Source: Candidatus Aenigmatarchaeota archaeon (GTDB taxonomy: Archaea; Aenigmatarchaeota; Aenigmatarchaeia; PWEA01; JACQIF01). From it: DNA of 64,000 nucleotides. Made by a program: the position numbers and the translations under genes. The notes below the pieces were generated by a model that worked only from the letters and a program-made list of their open reading frames with translations, had not been told where the DNA came from and searched no databases. Position 1 is the first letter of the stretch, and each line of letters opens with the position of its first letter. The DNA is taken from assembly GCA_016432325.1 (NCBI GenBank), contig CP066684.1, forward strand, positions 416,001-480,000, read 5' to 3'. Of this stretch, positions 54,958-64,000 are shown one piece after another.

Positions 54958-55940
54958 CTATGGTCTTCGCATCCGTTGCTTTTTGCCCAAGCCTCACCTT
55001 GTCCAGAAGCAACATCGATAATTCTATTGACGTGCATAATGTCAACTCCCCTTCCACCCGGCTCTGGATATTTTTCATATGGATATTCGTCGGATATCAT
55101 AGACCTATCGACAATTACCTTCAGTAAATCCCCGTCGTGAAATGGTAGCGGCGAGCGTCTTTCGAGATTTTCTACCACGATCTGGGTATCGTAGCATTTG
55201 GATGGGGGGACGCCATGTCTCAAAACCATGTCCGAGTAACCTGCCCAGCCACAGTCCCATTTATCCGTGCTGCCTTCGTGGGGACCACAGTTCCCATCGC
55301 TGCGATAAATCGCAAACGTCATTATCTTCTCTCCAGTGATCGGCGCGAGCGCGCTCCCCAAGTCAGGCGCCTTCACTTCTCCGTGCCCTCCAAACGCACT
55401 GTACACGGCCGTCCCGCCTGCAGCCAGCAGCAACGTCGCCGCTCCGGCAAACAGCCCCTTGGTCATGTGCACCTGCGCGCTGTCGTTCATCAGGAAAGCG
55501 GGCTTGCGCGCGCGCTCCTCCTCGGTAAGCTCGATGTCCCAGATACGGCCAAGCGGGTCTTCGACGCCGTCGCCGTTGAGAACGCCCGGCTTCGCGCCGA
55601 ACTCTTCGCGCAGGTCTTCCATCATTTCGAGATGACTTAGCGTGTCTACGAGTCTATAGTAGATGTCAGGAAGTCCTCTTACGTCAGGCGACTCGTAGGC
55701 TTCGCGACCGAGTTCGTATTGTTTTACTCGGTTTCTCAGAGTTTCAGAACTTCGGATAACCGAACGGGCCTCTGCCCTCACGGCTTGGGAACGTTCTATG
55801 ACATCATCGATATATCCGTGATCGCCGAGAGTCGGATGAGAACGGACAATGTAGAGAGGCGACGCTCTCTTCGACAGCGGCACGTGGGGCCTTACGAACC
55901 TCGCCTCGTGCTGTATCCGCTTTGTCTGGTACTGTTGCAT
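54954..55940 (-). CDS. Single-TM hypothetical protein
   Basis: Central TM; AGGTGG RBS. Confidence 0.65.
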   Translation of the reverse strand: MQQYQTKRIQHEARFVRPHVPLSKRASPLYIVRSHPTLGDHGYIDDVIERSQAVRAEARSVIRSSETLRNRVKQYELGREAYESPDVRGLPDIYYRLVDTLSHLEMMEDLREEFGAKPGVLNGDGVEDPLGRIWDIELTEEERARKPAFLMNDSAQVHMTKGLFAGAATLLLAAGGTAVYSAFGGHGEVKAPDLGSALAPITGEKIMTFAIYRSDGNCGPHEGSTDKWDCGWAGYSDMVLRHGVPPSKCYDTQIVVENLERRSPLPFHDGDLLKVIVDRSMISDEYPYEKYPEPGGRGVDIMHVNRIIDVASGQGEAWAKSNGCEDHS

Positions 55941-56183
55941 AACGCCACCTTTACTACCGTTTGGTCGTCACCACCCACAGGGGACGCATATCCTACCTTA
56001 CTATGGGTGTAGGGGTATATATACGTTACCGACAGCGTCAATGACGTACGCGTCAACGGCGAACGACGTACACGGCTTTTTAAGGCCTCTTGAACAAAGT
56101 TGTCTGTACAGGGGGGTTGGAAATCTACGACTTAGCCGAAGCCCTCCAAAGCTTATAAGCGTGAGTGCGGAATAGGGTCTGGT

Positions 56184-56786
56184 ATGAAAGGGGACGTCGA
56201 ACTGGTGGTATTGATGAACAAGACGTTGATGACGTTTTTGGCTGTGTTGACGGTTGGACTATTGGTGAGCGGAGCCCGGGTTGCCGCAGACACCACGACA
56301 ATCTCGACCCCTCAGACTATATGGGACGATACTGTATACTTGATAGGGCCGAACGCGGACCCCGCGCCCATCCAAGCAAGCGCCGGTTCTGTGGCCGTAG
56401 CCACGCAAAAGGTCTACAATGGGATTACGATTCCAAGCCCCGCGACTACCGTGACGTACGATCCTGGTTCCAACACAACAAATACGACAACGGTCAGCTA
56501 TTTGGTGGAATTCGACGTAGAGTACCACGATGTTCCCGGACCCGCGATTGGAGGGCTTCCATGGACTAACCGGTTTGACATAATCGGCACCGTCAACGAT
56601 GTTGTAACATTCAACCCCGGTCCGCCAGCCGGGATAAGCGGATCCGCGAGCATTAGCGTCGCCCCGTTCACAACTGCCGGCACATACAAATTTACTTTCA
56701 CAGGCGAGCAGGGCATAACAAACTACCATGTTATAGTCCAGGTATGGAGAACCGTCACGACCGCAATTACGCCAGGACCGCCCTAG
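56184..56786 (+). CDS. Secreted Thr-rich beta-sandwich-like protein
   Basis: Signal peptide; start may be 56214. Confidence 0.65.
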   Translation: MKGDVELVVLMNKTLMTFLAVLTVGLLVSGARVAADTTTISTPQTIWDDTVYLIGPNADPAPIQASAGSVAVATQKVYNGITIPSPATTVTYDPGSNTTNTTTVSYLVEFDVEYHDVPGPAIGGLPWTNRFDIIGTVNDVVTFNPGPPAGISGSASISVAPFTTAGTYKFTFTGEQGITNYHVIVQVWRTVTTAITPGPP

Positions 56787-56821
56787 ACGGTAATATTAAG
56801 AAGGCCATTCTTCTGTAGACC

Positions 56822-59800
56822 ATGGGGTCCAATTACCCAAGGATAGCAATTGCGCTCTTGCTCCTATTTGCATTCGTCGGCATCTATGTACTGGCAGCGC
56901 CTCTTGTTCTCGATGAACAAAGAAGATGCACAGAGGCTTTCGGCAGTGCCTGCTCGGACACAGATTTCAACGACGCGAAGAACATTCCCACAGGCTGCAG
57001 AGGCGATAGAAGCCTCACCGAATCTCAAGACGCGCACGTCCAGGATGCATACATCAATATATCACGAACAGGGAGCACACGAGTTCAGGCAGGAACTATA
57101 TTAAACGCCACATGCGATTTCCGTTTGGTCACCGGGGGAGCTGTGGGCGGCGATTTCGTCAACATATACTACTACAATGGAACCGACTTTGCAACCATAG
57201 CAAGCAGGCGGGGTTCTGATTTCGGTCTAGACGCCGACATTGCCAGAAACTTTTCTGCAGACTTCACCTCGAATTATACGGACGGAGAGCATTTCATCAG
57301 ATGTACGGTCAACCAAATAGCAACGACAAACTTCTGTGCGTCAACGACCGACGGCAGCTACTCGGACAACGACGACGTCAACTTCACCGTATTCGTGCCG
57401 ATAAACAACACGCGCTTCGGGGCGAACGTGACGAACGGCACGAGCCTGACGCGTTTCGTCAGCGCGGCGCCTGAAATCTTCTCCGACTGGAGCAAACGAC
57501 CGGGCACGCTGGCCGTGCTGGAGCACAACGGAACCGGAACGAGGATAAACTACACGGCCACGACGTACGCCAACAACTTCTGGGCCAACCGCACGTTGAA
57601 TGTGACGAACGGCACTGAATTCAGCAACCTTGGCAGAATCGTCTTCAGAATCTTCGTGCAGAATACAACTAACGGGGTGTTGGTAGAGAACAGCACAGAC
57701 ACGTTCGCATACACCCTCTTCGGCCGCTCCAACCTCACGACGATAAGCACGCCTACATATGCGTACGTCAACGGCCCGCAGAATACCGCGTGCCGCGCCA
57801 TCGACAACGACAACTCGACAGCGATTCCGGACTTGACATTCTTTTTCTGGGACAACCGAACGGGCGTCCACACCGCGCAGGGAACGGCGCAGACGAACAG
57901 CACAGGCTGGGCATCGCGCTCGATAAACATGCCGACGACTCCGGGAGTCGTGTCCATCAGGTGCAACGTCACAGACGACGCGGACGTCTTCTATAACGCA
58001 ACGGCGAGCAACGAGCTGAGCCAGGACGTGACTCTCGTGAACCTGACTCTCAACGCTTCGACCGTAACGGGCAACGTCAACTTCGGCTCTGTCGAGACGT
58101 TCCGTTTCGACGTGAGCGGCAACGCCACGACGATAAGCGCGACAGCGAACGTAACGTTCAACAACATAACGGACGCCGGCCCGCGGGAAAAGGTAACGAC
58201 GACAGAAAACATGGTGCTTGTGTCGAGCCCGAACGCAACGTACCACAAGTACGAACTCAACTACACGCCGCCGAGGTCCGGCAATTATACGGTCCTCTTC
58301 TCGGCCACGGCAGGCGCGAGCGACCAGAACAGCACGGCGAACGCGACGCAGACGTTCAACGTCACGTTCGGTTCCGTGGCCGTAGAGTTCGAGAATCCGT
58401 TCCGCGTACTGACGAACCAGACGTTGAACATAACGCTGCGCGTGCGCTCGTTCAACGGCGACGTTTGGAACGTCTCCATAGACACGAATATAACGAACCA
58501 GACGAGGATGAATATAATAGGCAACGGTTCCTTCATCAACGCAAAGTTCAACGTCTCGACTGCCGTGTCGCGTACCCAGAACTACACGGTGATCGTGAAC
58601 TACACGGGCCTCACAAAGATCGTGCTCAACGCAACGCCGACGAACGGAACTGCGAACAACTCCATAATGGGCGCGTTCGAAATAGTCCAGCCGAAGATAG
58701 AGTTCTCCTCCAATCCGATAAACGTCAGCGATTTCATAACCATAAACGCCACAGTGGCGGGCAACGCGTCTCAGGTAACGGCCCTTTACCTCAACATCAG
58801 CAAGGCGTTCGATTCTGGAATAAATGCGAGTGCGCTGGGCGTTTCGATTACGCGCGCGGAGAACGCGACCGCCCTCGGGTTGAGAGGATCGAATGTCTCG
58901 TCGAGCGCCAACGGCGGCTCTGTCTCGTGTTCGCAAGCGGCAACTGAAGGCTCTTGTAACGGCCTCATAGACGGCTCCACGACCACCAACCAATTCCCAG
59001 ACGGAACTGAAATAAACATTACACTCAACTCGTCCGCTGTCGTTGACAAAATCACCATAAGAGGGTTCACCTCCGGCAGGGTCGCGAACTTCTACTATCT
59101 GGATGGAGCCACCTTCAGGAACATATCGGCGATTTCCCTGACAGGCGACGTGGCGACGCACAACGTGACGGCGTTCGACCCGTTCCGCACCAGCACGATA
59201 AAGGTGAACTTTACCGGACCTTCAGGCACGATACCGGTGGCGGAGATAGCGGCGTTCTCGCCGCCGGCCTCGCGTACAGGCACGGAATACGTCTATTCGC
59301 TCGCGTTCCAGAATGCGAATGTCTCGGGCTTCTACAACACGACTGTATACGCCACAGTAGGCGGAGTGAACGTAACGAACACCACAAACTTCACGGTCCG
59401 TTTCGGAACGCCGACGTTTGCGTTCGTTCTTGACCCTTCGGCAAGCGTGGACGAAGGGGACACCATAATTTACAACGTCACCGTCACTGCCGTGAGCGGA
59501 GACGTGCGCGACGTGAACTTAACTCTCAACATACCGAACCTCACCGTCGTGAACCGCTCTTCCACGCAGGACGCCCTCTACAGCAACATCAGCGTGATAT
59601 TCAGCGGAGGCACGAATACGACGTCGTGGAACCTGACCGCGAACAAGTCGGGCTCGACAGTAACGTACGTGACGGCCAACTCGACAACAGGCAGCGGCAC
59701 CCTCACCAACCAGTCCGTGACCGTTACTGTAACGGGACCCGACACGACCCTCCCGATAATCCAGGACTTCAATTTCAACGCGACCTCCAACATCACGAGC

Positions 59801-62800
59801 AATCGCACGAACGTGCGCTCTTCCCTGATAATCTGGGCCAATATCACGGACGACAGGAGCTTGCCTTCCGGCACGTCGGCAACGGCCGGAGGCATTGTCG
59901 AAATCGAATATCCGAACGGAACGCTGACGAACCGAACGATGCAGTGTCACGCCTGCCCGTCGCCGACAAACACAGGCGGCGTCTACAACCTCACTGCCAA
60001 TCTCACCACAGCCGCGGCAAACAGGATAGAACTCGACATAACAGGCAACTACTCGGTTCGCGTCTTCGCGATAGACGTAAGCGGCAACCAGAACGCCACC
60101 TCGACGAAGAATTTCACGGTCGGCACGAACTATACCGTCCGTCTCGTAACGAACCTCCCCACTTACAACAGAGGCGACAACGTGACGTTCCGCGCGTTTG
60201 ACACGAACGGCGTCCGCGTCTCTAACTTCAACATGACCGTGAACGTAACGCGCTACAACAGCACTCTGGAAACGGTTCTGGGAATAACAAACGCCAGCGT
60301 GTCAGAGTTCGCGTACGTGTTTGCGAACAACGACACAGTCGGCAACTGGACGGTCGTCGCGCGCGCAGACAGGCTCAGCAACGAGGGAAACGTGACGTTC
60401 ACGTTCGACCTTTCAAACGAGCTTAATGTGTCAATAATAGATCCGGCAGAGAACACGCAGTACAACACGCAGGCCAAGGTCGTGCCCATAGAGGCCTATG
60501 TGCAGGACAAGAACAGCAACAACCGCACGGACGCGACGACGAACGTAACGGCGAACTGCTTCGGTTCGGACGGTTCCACCAGACGAGACTTCTCCATCGC
60601 GTACGCGGCGGCGCGCCTGAGCTACAGGGCCGCGGATGTCGACAACGCGCCTTGCTTCGCTTCGAGCACCGCAGGCGCCACATTCTCCGTGACCCTGACG
60701 GCCAACGACACGTACAACAACTCCAAGACTGCCACGCTTTCTCTAAAGACCGCGGCGGCGGCCAGCTCTTCGCCTGACAGCACAGGCGGAGGAGGGAGCG
60801 GAGGCACGACAAGCGGAGGCGGCGGAGGGGGCGGAGGTGGTGGCGTAGAAGAGAAAATAATCAAGATAGGCGAGGAGGTACACGAATTTGACTTCGCCGT
60901 AAGTGAAGCTTCTGTAACTTTGAAACAGGGAGAAGAAACGCCACTGACAGCCAACATAGCCAACAAGGGCAACGTGCCGCTCAAGGTTTCAATAAGCATA
61001 GACAAAGAGTGCTGCCAGATAAGCGCGATAGACTATGCGGAGGTAGGCGCAGGAGAGGCCGTTCCGTTCAGGATAGACGTTCGCGTTCCCTTGAACACCG
61101 ACATGGGGGCGTATCTGGTCACTCTGACCGCAACTGACGCAGAAACCGATAAGAAGAACGCTCAGTCGTTCAAGATAATCGTCGAAAAGAGCGATCTGGT
61201 GCTGAAGATAGAACAGCTGAACCAGGCGGTCGGAGAGCTGAACGACGAGGTGCGAAGATATAGGACGCTCGGCCTCGACCCGTCTGCTCTCGAACAGAAA
61301 CTGGCAGGCGCGCAGGACAGCCTCAACAGCGCGTTGCAAGCCGTGCAGAACGACGACGAAGCGTCTCTGGAAGCCAGCGTTCGGCTTGCGTCCGAACAGG
61401 TCGGCGACGTCGGCATCAGCATAATCGGCCTGCGCATCCAGGCATTCCTCGAAGAAAACAAGGAAGCGATTGCCGGCGGAGCCGTGTTCGTGCTCCTCAT
61501 GTGGTATGTCGTGTCGCAGATAGCGCTCCCTTACAGGCAGCTCAACGTTACGCTCAAGGAACTGAAGAAGCAGGAGTCTTCGTTCGTAGAAGCGCGCGTG
61601 CAGGCCGAGCACCAGTACTTCAAGAGAATGATAGACGAGGCTACGTTCCGCCAGATAATGTTCCGCGAGCAGGACAAGGTCGTGTCGTCGCGCGCCAAGA
61701 TAAAGAGGGCCGAGGAAGAGCTGCATTCGCTGGTGCGGCAGAAGCTTAGTCCGACAGTATTCGTGATGTTCTACGTTGGCGTGGCGCGCAGCCTCCCTTC
61801 GAATGTCCGTACGTTCACAACGAACATGCAAGCCAGACTTTCTGGGAAGCAAGTGAAGCCTCAATCCAAACCTGTTGCGAAGCCCGCTTTCTTGCCCAGA
61901 CCGATTGTCGCACCTAAACCCATCGTGCCGGCGAAGCTTGCGATACCGGTCAGGACAGGCTGGCTGTCAACATTGTTGAAATCAAAGCCGTCTGCTCCTG
62001 CAGTCTCAAAACCTGCGACGCCTCTTGTAGCCGTGCCTAAACCAATCGCGCCGGCTAAACCCGTCGCGCCTGCAAAACCGGGTTGGCTGTCCGCGATGTT
62101 TAAAGCAAAGCCCGCTCCAATGGCTCCGAAGCCGACGGTACTTATCAAAGCGCCCGTTTCTTCCAAGCCCGGATTGCTTGCAGGGCTGCTGAAGCCGAGG
62201 CCAGTGACGCCTAAACCAATTCCCTCAGCGCCGAAGCCTGCGGCGCCTGCCCGGCAGACCGAGCCTTTCAGGCTGTTCAAGCCGAGACCTCTGGTAGCCA
62301 AACCGTTGACACAGCCTAAGCCGCTGTTTGACATGTCAAGGGTCATCGCCGCAATGCACGTGCGCGCCGCGAAACCGGCACCAAGGCCCGCGATTCCCGT
62401 AATCAAACCTGTGACCAAACCGCTGATCGTTCCGACGCGATTCGTCTTCAAGCTTCCGGCGCTCGAACTGTTCGCCAAGCGTCCCTCAAAACCGCAGGTT
62501 TTTGTACCTAAGCCCGCAGTCAAACCGTTACTGAAACCGTTGTTGGGCAAGCCGTTGTTCACATTCGCGGGTAAAGCGCCTGCTCCGGTTAAGCCGCCTG
62601 TTGTGACGCTGAAACCGACCTATGCCTTACCGAAACCAGCCGCAACGCCGCTAGTGAAGTTAAGCCGCACGTCGGTTTTGCAGAAACTGGGTCCCTTCGG
62701 CAGATGGCTCGACGATGCGAGACGCAGAGCAGAGATGCGCGCACTTGAAGGCCGCACGAAAAGAACGCTCCAAAAGCTGGACAAGATGAAGAAACCCGAA

Positions 62801-62827
62801 CCCGAGGAGGACTCGGGAGCGCTATGA
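56822..62827 (+). CDS. 2001-aa membrane-anchored surface glycoprotein with Ig-like domains, poly-Gly linker, coiled coils and Pro/Lys-rich cytoplasmic tail
   Basis: Signal peptide, dense sequons, discoidin-like segment (LIDGSTTT...AEIAAF), GGGG linker, CARDB-like domain, TM near 61465..61528. Confidence 0.85.
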   Translation: MGSNYPRIAIALLLLFAFVGIYVLAAPLVLDEQRRCTEAFGSACSDTDFNDAKNIPTGCRGDRSLTESQDAHVQDAYINISRTGSTRVQAGTILNATCDFRLVTGGAVGGDFVNIYYYNGTDFATIASRRGSDFGLDADIARNFSADFTSNYTDGEHFIRCTVNQIATTNFCASTTDGSYSDNDDVNFTVFVPINNTRFGANVTNGTSLTRFVSAAPEIFSDWSKRPGTLAVLEHNGTGTRINYTATTYANNFWANRTLNVTNGTEFSNLGRIVFRIFVQNTTNGVLVENSTDTFAYTLFGRSNLTTISTPTYAYVNGPQNTACRAIDNDNSTAIPDLTFFFWDNRTGVHTAQGTAQTNSTGWASRSINMPTTPGVVSIRCNVTDDADVFYNATASNELSQDVTLVNLTLNASTVTGNVNFGSVETFRFDVSGNATTISATANVTFNNITDAGPREKVTTTENMVLVSSPNATYHKYELNYTPPRSGNYTVLFSATAGASDQNSTANATQTFNVTFGSVAVEFENPFRVLTNQTLNITLRVRSFNGDVWNVSIDTNITNQTRMNIIGNGSFINAKFNVSTAVSRTQNYTVIVNYTGLTKIVLNATPTNGTANNSIMGAFEIVQPKIEFSSNPINVSDFITINATVAGNASQVTALYLNISKAFDSGINASALGVSITRAENATALGLRGSNVSSSANGGSVSCSQAATEGSCNGLIDGSTTTNQFPDGTEINITLNSSAVVDKITIRGFTSGRVANFYYLDGATFRNISAISLTGDVATHNVTAFDPFRTSTIKVNFTGPSGTIPVAEIAAFSPPASRTGTEYVYSLAFQNANVSGFYNTTVYATVGGVNVTNTTNFTVRFGTPTFAFVLDPSASVDEGDTIIYNVTVTAVSGDVRDVNLTLNIPNLTVVNRSSTQDALYSNISVIFSGGTNTTSWNLTANKSGSTVTYVTANSTTGSGTLTNQSVTVTVTGPDTTLPIIQDFNFNATSNITSNRTNVRSSLIIWANITDDRSLPSGTSATAGGIVEIEYPNGTLTNRTMQCHACPSPTNTGGVYNLTANLTTAAANRIELDITGNYSVRVFAIDVSGNQNATSTKNFTVGTNYTVRLVTNLPTYNRGDNVTFRAFDTNGVRVSNFNMTVNVTRYNSTLETVLGITNASVSEFAYVFANNDTVGNWTVVARADRLSNEGNVTFTFDLSNELNVSIIDPAENTQYNTQAKVVPIEAYVQDKNSNNRTDATTNVTANCFGSDGSTRRDFSIAYAAARLSYRAADVDNAPCFASSTAGATFSVTLTANDTYNNSKTATLSLKTAAAASSSPDSTGGGGSGGTTSGGGGGGGGGGVEEKIIKIGEEVHEFDFAVSEASVTLKQGEETPLTANIANKGNVPLKVSISIDKECCQISAIDYAEVGAGEAVPFRIDVRVPLNTDMGAYLVTLTATDAETDKKNAQSFKIIVEKSDLVLKIEQLNQAVGELNDEVRRYRTLGLDPSALEQKLAGAQDSLNSALQAVQNDDEASLEASVRLASEQVGDVGISIIGLRIQAFLEENKEAIAGGAVFVLLMWYVVSQIALPYRQLNVTLKELKKQESSFVEARVQAEHQYFKRMIDEATFRQIMFREQDKVVSSRAKIKRAEEELHSLVRQKLSPTVFVMFYVGVARSLPSNVRTFTTNMQARLSGKQVKPQSKPVAKPAFLPRPIVAPKPIVPAKLAIPVRTGWLSTLLKSKPSAPAVSKPATPLVAVPKPIAPAKPVAPAKPGWLSAMFKAKPAPMAPKPTVLIKAPVSSKPGLLAGLLKPRPVTPKPIPSAPKPAAPARQTEPFRLFKPRPLVAKPLTQPKPLFDMSRVIAAMHVRAAKPAPRPAIPVIKPVTKPLIVPTRFVFKLPALELFAKRPSKPQVFVPKPAVKPLLKPLLGKPLFTFAGKAPAPVKPPVVTLKPTYALPKPAATPLVKLSRTSVLQKLGPFGRWLDDARRRAEMRALEGRTKRTLQKLDKMKKPEPEEDSGAL

Positions 62828-62910
62828 TTCGTAGACTACGCCTAAAGCGGCGATATTAAAACCTCACGGCCGGCGGGAGAGGTTTTATATTGGGCGCGCG
62901 CAAGGTAAGC

Positions 62911-63630
62911 ATGGCCGAACGAATAACTTCCGGCGTCATCGGATTGGACGAAAAGATAGGTGGCGGTTTCGTAAAGGGTTCTGTAAATCTCATAACGGGA
63001 AAAACAGGTACGGGCAAGACCGCCTTCTGCGCGGCGTTTCTCTACGCAGGAGCCCAGAACGGCGAGCCCGGCGTCTACATCACGACAGAAGAGAGCGTCG
63101 ACGACATCAGGGCCGACGTCACCGAGATGTTCGGCTGGGATCTGGAAAGCCTGGAGAAGAAGAAGGCCGTCAAGATAATTTCCCTGAAACCGATATTCCC
63201 CACAAAGGCAGCGGAGGACCTGAATCGCCTCATTCGCGCGTACATATCGAACCTTCTCGACGACATCGTGCAGGCCGTGAAGGACACGAAAGCCAAGCGG
63301 CTCATCATAGACTCCGAATCCATGATAGAGCTTTTCGTGCAGGACGAATATCTGGCGAAGGTCGCGCTTATGTCGATGATAGAAAAGATAAAGGAGACGG
63401 GGGTTACGGCAATAATAACAGGGACGATACCCGAGGAGTCCGAGGGCCTGAGCGGCTCCGGCGTGGTGGAGTTCATCGTCGACACCGTGATAAAGCTGGA
63501 CTTTGTCCCCGTGGCCGAGGAGTACAAGCGCACGCTCACCGTGCGCAAGATGAGGCGCACCGATCATTCGACGCTGATACATCCGTTCACCCTGGGCAAG
63601 CAGGGAGTGCAGGTGGTGGAGATTGAGTAG
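62911..63630 (+). CDS. KaiC-like (RecA-superfamily) single-domain ATPase
   Basis: RITSGVIGLD..IGGG, GKTGTGKT, TEE, IIDS, VRKMRRT.HS. Confidence 0.92.
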   Translation: MAERITSGVIGLDEKIGGGFVKGSVNLITGKTGTGKTAFCAAFLYAGAQNGEPGVYITTEESVDDIRADVTEMFGWDLESLEKKKAVKIISLKPIFPTKAAEDLNRLIRAYISNLLDDIVQAVKDTKAKRLIIDSESMIELFVQDEYLAKVALMSMIEKIKETGVTAIITGTIPEESEGLSGSGVVEFIVDTVIKLDFVPVAEEYKRTLTVRKMRRTDHSTLIHPFTLGKQGVQVVEIE

Positions 63631-63659
63631 GATATGAGAACGGGGAAGAGTGCGGAGTT

Positions 63660-64000
63660 CTAGAGCGCGCTCGGCTTGACGACGATCCCTTTGTCCGTAA
63701 TCTCCATGGGGAACGCGCCCTTCTTCTGGTTCGTGCGCCGCATCTTCTTCACTTCGAGTTGCCGATACGCACCATCGCCGGCCCCGATGTAGAAGAGGCG
63801 AATGACGCCGTCCGCGACGTACTCCTCAACGCCGAAGCGGGACGCTTTCACGTCCTCGGGCATCTCGCCCGTAAGTATCGCTGTGACGCCAGTGGACTTC
63901 AACGCCTGTATCAATTTGTACAACTGCTTGCGCACCTCGTGCTCGTCCTTGAAGTAGAGGCCGAGAACGCTCGTCGAATCGATAGCAACGCGCGTGACTT
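63660..64000 (-). CDS. KaiC-like ATPase, 3' part (5' end beyond window)
   Basis: RVAIDS, SRFGVEEYVADGVI.L, VKKMRRT, FPMEITDKGI. Confidence 0.9.
   Translation of the reverse strand, partial: VTRVAIDSTSVLGLYFKDEHEVRKQLYKLIQALKSTGVTAILTGEMPEDVKASRFGVEEYVADGVIRLFYIGAGDGAYRQLEVKKMRRTNQKKGAFPMEITDKGIVVKPSAL

Noticed and set aside
55945-56180. tRNA or other structured RNA
   Set aside because: Only isolated hairpins; no cloverleaf or T-loop consensus
62911-63630. Circadian clock kaiC
   Set aside because: Single domain, no S/T phosphosites, no kaiA/kaiB

Overview
Archaeal chromosomal segment (GatD/GatE, TFB, Trm1, Dph6, L10e, archaeal-type TrpRS; TATA-box promoters ~20-25 nt before many start codons; GGTGA-type RBS). 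Gene content suggests a GC-rich DPANN-type archaeon (inference). About half of the window is cell-surface machinery: two clusters with 16 class III signal-peptide (type IV pilin-like) genes, one VirB11/CpaF-type ATPase with two TadC-like platform proteins, three paralogous giant adhesins built on one scaffold with swapped passenger domains, and a 2001-aa membrane-anchored surface protein. Also present: an uncharacterised co-oriented gene run (MNT-HEPN-HEPN fusion, Grx-like+TIM-barrel metalloenzyme, coiled-coil protein, three membrane proteins, small proteins sharing a C-terminal motif), a mevalonate cluster (MVK, decarboxylase, IPK) split by an accessory block with a VapBC-type TA pair, and two convergent KaiC-like ATPases. 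The most unusual signal is sub-genic: (i) a family of 50-100 bp multi-hairpin elements with a fixed scaffold and freely varying, fully paired stems, inserted in frame in prepilin leader peptides, and (ii) micro-insertions flanked by synonymously recoded duplications of the target coding motif (prepilin cleavage sites, TFB C-terminus), where the insert carries a reverse complement of its own target. No rRNA, tRNA, CRISPR array, integrase, transposase or reverse transcriptase was recognised. All annotations are by eye; no database search was run.
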